NCBI GenBank assembly: GCA_964016885.1
Contig: OZ024741.1
Span: 71,796,001-71,860,000 of the forward strand
Direction of reading: 5' to 3'
Length of the DNA: 64,000 bases
From: Eledone cirrhosa
Taxonomy: Eukaryota
Shown here: positions 26,559 to 64,000 of the stretch, piece after piece
How positions within the stretch are numbered: the first letter of the stretch is position 1
Layout: the number at the start of each line of letters is the position of its first letter
The notes under the pieces: model-generated
The model's database searches: none
The model's input: only the letters and a program-made list of their open reading frames with translations
What the model was told of the DNA's origin: nothing
Program-made: the position numbers and the translations under genes

Positions 26559-29500
26559 ATAAGTTCTCCTTCATGTTTATTCACTTTCGCCAATCCATCG
26601 CTGCTTCAATTATTCCTACTACGGTGTACCCATGTAAATCGTAAAGTACAAATTTTTCTCTATCTACTCCACGCTCAATTTCGTACATAGTCCAAACATC
26701 CAATCTCGCAAAATCCGAAATCTGTATTTTTTGTTATCTATTTAAGGTTTAAATACGGTGTTTTTGTCGTATTGAACAGAACAAATCTTGCAGTTTTGCT
26801 TTTTGTTAAATCGCTTGTTAAACATTCATAACCTTCCAGCTAGCTACTCCACACCCCTCCCACCCGCCCCCACACACCACCATTCTTAATACGTGGACCA
26901 ATCATAAGCCAGAGCCCCCCCCCACGCATCACCATTATTATTATAAGCCAGAGCCCCCCCCCCCCCCCCCACGCATCACCATTATTATTATTACGCGGAC
27001 CAATCATAAGCCAGAGGCCTATACTATCGCTTGCCCGGTTGCCTTCGATATATGATGGATGGATGGATGGACGGACGGACTATGGAATCCTGGAGAGTGG
27101 AAGGGAGAGAAAAATCTGGACGCTCAGAGCGAAAATGCCAAAGTTAAAGTCAAATTCACCTCGTGGACGAGAATGCGAGCACTCCTCTTTGTTTCGTCCG
27201 CGGATAGCTAACATAACCCTATCTCCCCCCGCCCCACCACCACCCCCACCCTCCAAACGCAACCCAAAACTTCAGAGTTGGTACCATAAATGTAGGCACC
27301 TTAAAGGGTCGCGCTAACGAGGTTATAGAAATGCTTGAACGTAAGGAGATCGATGTTTGTTGTATTCAAGAGACCAGGTGGAGGGGTGGGTCTGCTAGAT
27401 TCATTGAGGGTAAAAAACGATGTTATAAGCTTTTCTGGGTGGGAAACGACGATGGGCTGGGTGGAGTAGGAATCATGGTAGCAGAAAAGTGGGCAGATAA
27501 GATAATAGACGTAAATAGAGTGAACGACAGAATAATTAAAATATGACTTGTCCTCAATAGAACTACGGTGACAGTAATATCTGCGTACGCACCCCAATCC
27601 GGACTGCCCGGCACTATAAAAGACAGATTCTATGAGACACTGTTGCTAACTACCTCCCAAATATCTGACAGTGACTATATAATTATTGCAGGCGACCTAA
27701 ATGGTCACGTTGGACAACATTGTGACGGCTACGACGAAATCCATGGAGGCTATGGGTTTGGTACTAGAAATGAGGAAGGCTCCAGAATCCTGGAATTCTG
27801 TGATGCAAATAACCTAACTATCTATAACACTAACTTCAAAAAACGTGACAATCACCTGATCACCTATAGATCCGGGGAACACACAAGCCAGGTAGATTAT
27901 ATCCTTACCAGAAGACGTGACAGAGTGTCTGTTGTAAACACTAAATCCCTCCCCCATGAAGAATGCACCTCCCAACATAGACTGATAATTAGCGACCTCA
28001 TAGTCAGGACGAGACGTACTCGACAGCAGAAGAGGACTATCCTCAGGAGGAAAATATGGAAACTAAAGGACCCCACAGCCAGAAATAAATTTCAAAGCAT
28101 ATTACTTGATGCTTTCGACAGTAAGGAAGAGCATCTAGAATCGGACAATATAGAGGGACAGTGGGAATTTCTGAAAGCAAACCTGCTGTTGGCGACAGAC
28201 GAAGTCTGTGGCTGGAGCAGGCCTGTAGGCAGGAGGAGAGTAACATGGTGGTGGAACAGTAGGGTGGAGGGGTCAATTAAGGCCAAAAAGCAGGCTTGGA
28301 AAGTATGGCGGGATGGGGGAAGTAGAGTAGACTATCAAGTGACCAGGAGGGAAGCTAGGAGACAAGTGTACTTAGCAAGAAGGGAAGCTGAGGAAAGAAA
28401 GTTCAAGCATGTTCTACAACGCGATGACCAAAAACGTGAGGTGTTCAGGATTGCTAGGCAATGCGTCAAGGAAAACCGTGATATTGTCGGGGAGAAGTGT
28501 GTACTTAACGATGATGGCATACTTGCCATCACCGACACTGATAAGAAGGTAGCTTGGAAGTGTCACTATGAAAGGCTACTAAATGAGGAGAATAAATGGG
28601 AGAAAGACAGTCTCCCCCATATCGACCCAATAGAGGGACCAGCACTGTGAGTCGAGGGAGTATAATAAGTAAGGCAATCAAGGATATGAAGACGGGTAAG
28701 GCGGCTGGGCCTTCGGAAATAGTTGCTGAGATGCTGAAGGCATCTGGCACGGTGGGACACACCATGGTCACCCGCATAGTTAACCAAGTCGTACAGAATG
28801 GGGTTGTTCCGAAGGACTGGCATAGCAGCATCATCGTTAACTGTTATAAGGGTAAAGGAGACGCCCTAGATAGGAGTAACTATAGAGGCATTAAATTATC
28901 GACCAGGTCATGAAGGTCACGGAAAAAGTAATAGCGCAACTAATCAGAGAGAGAATTGACCTAGATGAAATGCAGTTCGGGTTTGTGTCAGGCAAAAGCA
29001 CCACAGACGCTCTTTTCATAGTACGACAACTACAGGAGAAGAACCTAGCTAAAGGTAAACCCCTCTACTTAGCTTTTGTCGACCTGGAGAAAGCCTTCGA
29101 CAGAGTCCCCCGCTCCATTATCTGGTGGGCTCTTAGAAAACTAGGCGTTGACGAATGGCTTGTGAGGGCTATACAAGCCATGTATAAAGAAACAGTCAGC
29201 AAGGTTAGAATTAACAACGAATATAGTGAAGAGTTTAGTGTAAAAGTTGGCGTCCATCAGGGCTCTGTTCTCAGCCCCCTACTATTTATTATTGCCCTTC
29301 AGGCTATAACAGAGGAGTTCGAGACAGGCTGCCCATGGGAACTCCTATACGCAGACGACCTGACACTCATAGCGGAATCAATGGCCGAGCTAGAGAAGAA
29401 ATTCCAAACATGGAAGCATGGCCTAGAGTCAAAAGGACTTAAAATTAACCTGGCTAAGACCAAAGTTCTAGTTTGTAGGAAAGAAAACAAGGCGGCGGTC

Positions 29501-30679
29501 CCTTCTGGGAAATGGTCGTGCTCGGTGTGTAGGAAAGGCGTAGGTAGAAACTCCATTTTATGTCCTAAATGCAAAGTATGGGTGCATAAAAGATGTAGTG
29601 GGATCACAGGTAAGCTAACTAAGAACATAGATTTTACATGTGGCCGGTGTTCTGGTGCAATAAGTAGCAGCAAGTGCCCACAAAATACTAGCTCTTTCAA
29701 TTGCGCAGAGGGTTCTATAGAAATAGTGGACAGCTTCCGTTACCTGGGCGATAAAATCAGCAGTGGGGGAGGGTGCTCTGAAAGTACTGTAGCTAGAGTC
29801 AGAACTGGTTGGAAAAAGTTCAGAGAGCTTATACCACTATTAGCTGCTAAAGGGTTCTCCCTAAAAATGAAAGGCAGGTTGTACGATGCCTGCATACGAA
29901 CAGCAATGTTGCATGGTAGTGAGACCTGGGCATTGTGTGCAGAGGATATACGCAGACTAGAGAGGAACGAAGCTTGCATGCTCCGCTGGATGTGTAACAG
30001 TAATATACGTGAACGGCAAAGCATAAACGAACTAAGGAAAAAATTAGAGATAAGAGGGATCAGATGTTGTTTACTCGAGAGAAGGCTGCGTTGGTATGGA
30101 CACGTGATGCGCATGAAAGTCGATAGCTGTATAACAAAGTGCAGGGCAATAAAGATAGACGGTAGCCACGGAATAGGCAGACCTAGAAAAACCTGGGATG
30201 AGCTGATAAACTCCGACCTCACACACTTACACCTCTCCAAGACAATGTCACTGGACCGAGACCTTTGGCGGTACTCAGTAACAGAGAAGACCCGCCTTGC
30301 CAGTAGGCATTTCTAACAAAATACACCCCGTCCCGCCACCACCCCCACCCCATCCACACCACCCCGTTCTATGTAAAGTTATGTTGGTGCCGCGCCATCC
30401 AGGCCGAAACAAATGAGATCGTGTAGGTGTCATGACAAAAAAACACACAGTCCACGCTGTAATGTGGCCGTGTAGGCAACACGGTAAAAACCTCCCACAC
30501 CCACACTGTAAATGTGGTTGGTGTTAGGAAGGGCATCCAACTGTAGAAAACCTGCCAGACAGTCCTATGCGAGCAAGACAATCACTCTTGCCTCAAGTGG
30601 GACTACCCCCGTCCAAACCCATGCAAGCGTGGAACACGGACGTTAAACGTTGATGATGATGATGATGATGATGATGATG
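26345..30679 (+). mobile_element. RTE LINE family A, copy 2, essentially full length but with frameshifts and a stop
   Basis: ORF pieces 27331-27546, 27568-28650, 28596-28913 and 28910-30316 (YADD, C4HC3 finger); long (gat)n tail. Confidence 0.96.
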
Positions 30680-30840
30680 TATTAGAATTGGTGCTCTGAA
30701 ATAGCGATATATGAATGTATATATAGTGTATTTTGCAATACACTGTATGCTTAATTAAAAGAATTACGAAGACCTTACGCTATTGTTTTAGAGTAGTGAC
30801 AGTCTCACTTACTTTATTTTTCAGCAAACAGGGGAGATAA

Positions 30841-30885
30841 AGCTGACAGAGCTCTGTTTCGCACGTGTTGGTGCTTATCAAAGCT
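30841..30885 (-). ncRNA. Type I hammerhead motif with U3-A8 variant core
   Basis: AGCU-UUGAUAA-GCAC-caacac-GUGC-GAAA-CAGAGCUCUG-UC-AGCU: three stems, GUC cleavage triplet, palindromic stem III. Confidence 0.7.
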
Positions 30886-31050
30886 AAGTACTCTGCCTGT
30901 TTGCTGAAAATCATGAATGTTTGATTCTTATAGAAGCACCAATTCTAATTTTCAATTTCTGCTTGACCGGCAACCGTTCTGTATAATCAGTTCCTGATTC
31001 TTACTAGAATTCTATAAGAATCAAACATTCATGATTTTCAGCAAACAGGC

Positions 31051-31108
31051 AGAGTATTTAGCTTTGATAAGCACCAAAAAGTGCGAAACAGAGCTCTGTC
31101 ACTACTCT
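31051..31108 (+). ncRNA. Second copy of the U3-A8 hammerhead motif (different stem I 3' strand)
   Basis: agagtatttagct-TTGATAA-GCAC-caaaaa-GTGC-GAAA-CAGAGCTCTG-TC-actactct; stem I is interrupted. Confidence 0.6.
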
Positions 31109-31193
31109 AAAACAATAGCGTAAGGTCTTCGAAATGCTTTTAATTAAGCATACAGTGTATTGCAAAATACACTATATATACATTTTTATATAT

Positions 31194-32498
31194 ATCATCA
31201 TCATCATCATCATCATCAGGTTTAGCGTCCGTGTTCCACGCTTGCATGGGTTTGGACGGGGGTTTTCCCACTTGAGGCAAGAGTGGTTGTCTTGCTCGCA
31301 TAGGACTGTCTGGCGGGTTTTCTACAGCTGGATGCCCTTCCTAACACCAACCACATTTACAGTGTGGGGCTGGGAGGTTTTTACCGTGTTGCCTACACGG
31401 CCACATTTACAGTGTGGACTGTGTGTTTTTTTGTCGTGACACCTACACGATCTCATTTGTTTCGGCCTGGATGTTGTGGGACCAACATAACTTTACATTG
31501 AAAGGGGCGGTGTGGATGGGGTGGAGGTGGTGGGACGGGGAGGTGTTTTGATAGAGATGCCTACTGACTGTAGTAGGTTTTTACTTTGTATTTAGGTAAG
31601 GCGGGTCTTCTCTATTACTGAGTACCGCCAAAGGTCTCGGTCCAGTGACATTGTCTTGGAGAGGTGTAAGCGTGTGAGGTCGGAATTTATCAGCTCGTCC
31701 CATGTTTTTCTGGGTCTGCCTACTCCGTGGCTACCGTCTATTTTTATTGCCCTGCACTTTGTTATACAGCTGTCGTCTTTCATGCGCATCACGTGACCGT
31801 ATCAACGTAGCCTTCTCTCGAGTAAACAACATCTGATCCCTCTTATTTCTAATTTTTTTTTCCTTAGTTCGTTTATGCTTTGCCGTTCACGTATATTACT
31901 ATTGCACATCCAGCGGAGCATGCAAGCTTCATTCCTCTCTAGTCTGCGTATATCCTCTGCACACAATGCCCAGGTCTCACTGCCATGCAGCATTGCTGTT
32001 CGTATGCAGGCATCGTATAACCTGCCTTTCATTTTTAGGGAGAACCCTCTAGCGGCTAATAGTGGTATAAGCTCTCTGAACTTTTTCCATCCAGTTCTGA
32101 CTCTAGCTACTGTACTTTCAGAGCACCCTCCCCCACTGCTGATTTTGTCACCCAGGTAACGGAAGCTGTCCACTATTTCTATAGAACCCTCTGCGCAGTT
32201 GAGGGAGCTAGTATTTTGTGGGCACTTGCTGCTACTTATTGCACCAGAGCACCGGCCACATGTAAAATCTATGTTCTTAGTTAGCTTACCTGTGATCCCA
32301 CTACATCTTTTATGCACCCATACTTTGCATTTGGGACATAAAATGGAGTTTCTACCTACGCCTTTCCTACACACTGAGCATGGCCATTTCCCAGATGGGA
32401 CTGCCGCCTTATTTTCTTTCCTACAAACTAGAACTTTAGTCTTAGCCAGGTTAATTTTAAGGCCTTTTGATTCTAGGCCGTGCTTCCATGTTTGGAAT
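31194..32498 (-). mobile_element. RTE family A, copy 3, 5'-truncated, antisense
   Basis: Minus ORFs 31802-32374 and 31592-31792 are nearly identical to copy 2; (cat)n tail; 5' end abuts (TA)n. Confidence 0.95.
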
Positions 32499-32574
32499 AT
32501 ATATATATATATGTATACACATATATTTTATATACATATATATATATGTGTATATATATATATATTATATATAT

Positions 32575-33330
32575 ATATCATCATCACTGTTTAACCTTTA
32601 TTTTTTCATGCTAACATGGGTTAGAGGACTTGTCCAATTGTGAGAAATGCCAGGTCAGGTGACTGTCTTGCTCATAGAGAACTGATTTTGGCTTGGTTTC
32701 TACAGCTGGATGCCCTTCTTAACACCAACCACATTTACAGTGTGGACTGGGTGCTTTTTATTGTGTCACCATCACGACCACTTTACAGTGTGTGCAGGAG
32801 GCTTCACTAGATGAATGCTTTGCCTGTCATCATGGGAGATGTATGGAAGTTTGCATACTGTATATATGCTTCAGCCTGTTCCCATGGGTGACCAAATTAG
32901 TTGTAGAGGTGTGTGTTCTGAAAGTACAGTAGCCAGAGTGGAAACGGGATGGAAGAAGTTCAGGGAGCTACTACCACTACTAGCTACAAAAAGCTTTCCT
33001 CTCAAAATGAAAGGCAGACTGTATGATGCGTGTATACGAACAGCAATGGTGCATAGTAATGAGACCTGGGCACTGTTTGCGAAGATTGGAAAAAAATGAA
33101 GCTTGCATGCTTCGAGGGATGTGTTATAATATACATGAACTGTAAAGCATAAATGAACTGAGAGAGAAACTGGGCATAAGAGGGGATCAGAAGTAGTGTG
33201 CAAGAGAGGAGATTACATTGGGATGAGGTGATAAAAGCTGACCTTGCACAATTGCACCTTTCAAAGGCGATGACACAGGACGGAGATTTTTGGTGTTATT
33301 CAGTAATACAGAAGACCCGTCTTCCCTAAT
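32575..33330. mobile_element. Decayed RTE fragments (3'UTR on minus 32575-32790; coding relic on plus 32880-33330)
   Basis: GWKKFRELLPLL and KMKGRLYDACIR motifs; UTR motif ggatgcccttc. Confidence 0.8.
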
Positions 33331-34299
33331 GTGCCACCATGCAGTGGAACTGAACCAAGAACCACGTACATAACCATGCTTGCATCTAATTCTTTGCTTT
33401 CACTGACAAGCAACTTTTAAAACCCTGCTTGAGAGAGGGGAGGGGGTGGCACTCTATCAACAGACAATAGCTATCTAACTTCCTTCCTTTCTTTTTACTC
33501 TTATGTTTCCATATATTTTCTTTCTAAGTTTGTCAACTTGACGTCAGGAAAATTGTCTGTCATTGCTCCTTAGCAAATATAATTGCGTCTTCTATATTGC
33601 TTTGTGAGTGGAATTGGTTGACAGAAACTCTGCAGAAGCCTGTCAGATATGTGTGTGTGTCAGTTGCCATGCCTATCTTCATCAACACTGTTTAAATAGC
33701 AAGTGATTGCATTGTTTATTATAATCAAAACATCCTGCAGTGTAGTGGTTTGATGAATGTCAGTAGTACATATCCTACTTAAAGTAACATATGAGTTGAC
33801 ATCAAGAAAGGCATCCAACTGTAGAAAAGGAAATTGGCTTCAACTCATGGGACATGAAATGGTTAAAATACAAGTAATTTTATTGCTGTATTTCATACTA
33901 AAAAGCTAACAGTTGTGCATATTTTTCTTAAAGTAAAGTATGGTTTGGCATCATGAAAGACATCCAACTGTAAAAAAACAACAACCCTGCTTCAAATGCC
34001 TTGTCCAAAACCTCATTATCATTTAACACTCGTTTTCTTTGCAAGTGTTGAATGGGTTGTCACAGACAACATCTGTACTTAATCAGCCTCTGAGGTGGAC
34101 TGGGGGCCTGCATCTCACATTTCCACATCATACAAAGTGCACCAGGTGCATTTCATTGTGGTACTAACATAGGGAAATTGTCATATCTTAGACACAGCTG
34201 AAGAGTCCTCCTGACTCTGTTTGGCAGGTTTTCTGCACCTGAATGCCCTTCCAATTACCAATAATTTCACAAAGTGTACTGCATGTTTATTATGTAGAT

Positions 34300-35093
34300 C
34301 ACAGGTTCTCAACCCATTTAGGCCAAATGCCCCCTTTTGTCCCTCGAAATCACGAAAGGCCCCCCCCTCCCGCCACCCTATTTTTTCATTTTTCAATATA
34401 CTACTGATTTTTATATCAGTAGATTACTAAAAAATCGATTAATAATATTCCAAAGATGTGTGTATTATCTGATTATGTGTTGTATGTGGGTCCTAGATGT
34501 GTGTGCTACTCGCTTCTGTTTTTTTCTTTTCTTTTTTTTTATTTGTAATATTATTTATACAATAGGGAATAAAATAGATCTACACAGTGTTAACTCGTTA
34601 CGGTTGAGTCAATAATTTCAGACATGAAATACATTGTTATCGGTGAAGGAAAGAGAAGATTCTAACTGGCTGCGCTCAAAGTGTCTTTGACCCAGTTGAC
34701 TGTCGGTTTTTCCATTTTTAGGATCTCAATTACTGGTTAACGTCTCAATTACCGGACATGCCTGCACACCTGCTCACAGACTATAGTTATGCTGTCTGCA
34801 AGCTCATTCAAATGCATTCACACTGGCTGTCTCAAAGACATACAAATATGGCTTATAAAACTTACCAAAATAAAGAGCCTTCAAGCGCCCCCCCCCCCCT
34901 GACTCCCGCTCAAAACGCCCCCCTAACACGACCTTGCTCCCAAACGCCCCCCCCCCCCCCCCCCCCGGGTTCCGAAACGCTCCCCCTAACGCGACCTTGC
35001 TCCCAAACGCCCCCCCCCCTGGAGTTCCAAAACGCCCCCCCCCCCCATCGGGGGGGGGGGGGGGTGCATATGCCCCCCTGTTGAGAACCTTTG
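34300..35093. mobile_element. hAT (Charlie-like) non-autonomous element
   Basis: TIRs cacaggttctcaac and gttgagaacctttg (13/14 match); perfect 8-bp TSD atgtagat at 34292-34299 and 35094-35101. Confidence 0.9.
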
Positions 35094-35314
35094 ATGTAGA
35101 TCACCAACACTAGAGGTTGTCATGACCTTGACAGCTGAAGATGCCTCATGACCCTTTTTTTGGCATGGTTTCTACAGCCGGATGCATTTTTTATCACCAA
35201 CCACTTTATTGGACGCATTTTTCATGGCATCAGCATCTAATTCTAAATTCTAATTTTGATTCTCAAAAGCAAACAGTTGTGTATATGTTTCTTCATCCAT
35301 TTCATTCTTTACAG

Positions 35315-62852
<27,538 letters not shown>

Positions 62853-62974
62853 GTAAGTTACATGATTTCTGTCAATCATATCTTTGTAGCTCTCTCTTCC
62901 TTCTCCTCATCATTCTTATGTTCGTGTCTCCTCCCTAGATTTTCCTCTCCATTTTTATTGTCTTATTTTCAGAC

Positions 62975-63095
62975 ATCCTCCTCTCTCTCTTTCACCCACT
63001 CTACCTTCTCTCTCTCTTTCACCCACTCTCCCTTCTCTCTCTTTCACCCACTCTCCCTTCTCTCTCTTTCACCCACTCTCCCTTCTCTCTCATTT
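62975..63095. repeat. ~25-bp pyrimidine-rich minisatellite
   Basis: ctctctttcacccactctccctt repeated 4-5 times. Confidence 0.9.
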
Positions 63096-64000
63096 ATTTA
63101 CAACTTTTACACACCTTTCTCTCTATACACCTGCTAAAGCCACACAGAAATTGTTTATAATGTCCATGGCTTTAGTATTCCTTTTTCACAAAGCAAAATT
63201 TGTTTATTTCAATCTTTGTGCATTTATAAAATTGTAAATGTATATATACATGTACAACATGGTTTTTTTTTTGTGCTTGTTTGTTTGTTTGTTAATATTC
63301 AGTTGTTTTTGTTCACTTATGTAAAAAATAGCAGATATAAATCTGAATGGGAACCCCATGGTGACACAATATTTTGTATGTATAATCAACATTTAATGTG
63401 TCCGATGCAGTGAGTGTGAATAGGATTATCCTAAAAAAAATTAGGATAATTTTTTTATATAGGTTTAAGTCTGATAAACAGCATTATAAGTGTCAGAGGA
63501 GTCTCCTACTAGAACCAAATCTTTAGGGAGGGGAAAGTCAATAAAATCAACCTTAGTACATTACAAGTGCTTTATTTTATTGACCCAGTAAGGATGAAAG
63601 GCAAAGCTATAACCTCGGCGGAATTTGAACTAAGAATGTTAAGGGCTATAAGTCTATGCTGCAAAGCATATTGTTTGACACTCTACCAATCCACTGCCCT
63701 TATATCAACTTAATAATTAGAAGATTAATTATATTACTAAATCCTTTCAAACTGCCCTAAACCTCCCTTGTTTCTATGATAAAAATCTGTACATTTTAAT
63801 ATGCTATATTTATCTAAAAACAATCCCTTACAATTTTATACAAGAACTTTTAAGTCACATTCCAAACAACAACAGCTAAGATCACGGATAAAATATGTTC
63901 ACAAACTCAGAGATGGAATGTCACAGACAGAATGTTTGAAAGTTAATATTTAAATGCTTTTAAAACCTTTTGATGATTTTTCAAAATTATTTGAAAATCA

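Larger units (their letters stand above)
30718..31180. repeat. Imperfect fold-back element between two tail-to-tail RTEs
   Basis: Arms ~30718-30935 and 31010-31180. The left arm has a ~45-nt extra segment. An extra short IR is present: attagaattggtgct (30681) and agcaccaattctaat (30935). Confidence 0.9.

Overview
AT-rich, repeat-saturated eukaryotic DNA. The SINE and RTE repertoire looks like a coleoid cephalopod, probably an octopus (inference). The window lies inside one large + strand gene, an MGAT4 (GnT-IV, GT54) N-acetylglucosaminyltransferase. Eight phase-consistent GT-AG exons (35315-62852) can be spliced by hand, and there is a candidate 60-nt stem exon at 11290-11349. The 5' (TM) and 3' exons are outside the window or were not found. 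The introns hold at least three RTE LINE subfamilies, including an intact 1039-aa APE-RT ORF with a C4HC3 PHD-type finger inserted inside the RT domain. They also hold a CR1-type LINE 3' end, tRNA-derived SINEs, hAT and piggyBac-like MITEs, Sola-like transposase and Helitron relics, and a Penelope-like RT fragment. The most striking non-coding signal is a set of hammerhead ribozyme motifs. Two fold-back elements (22249-22648 and 30718-31180) each carry a hammerhead on both strands, and one of them has a compensatory U3-A8 core. A third, canonical-core hammerhead lies at 56175-56255 on the host sense strand. The 30.7-kb fold-back forms the centre of a ~3.1-kb hairpin made by two tail-to-tail RTE copies. 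Everything was read by eye; no searches or folding were run.
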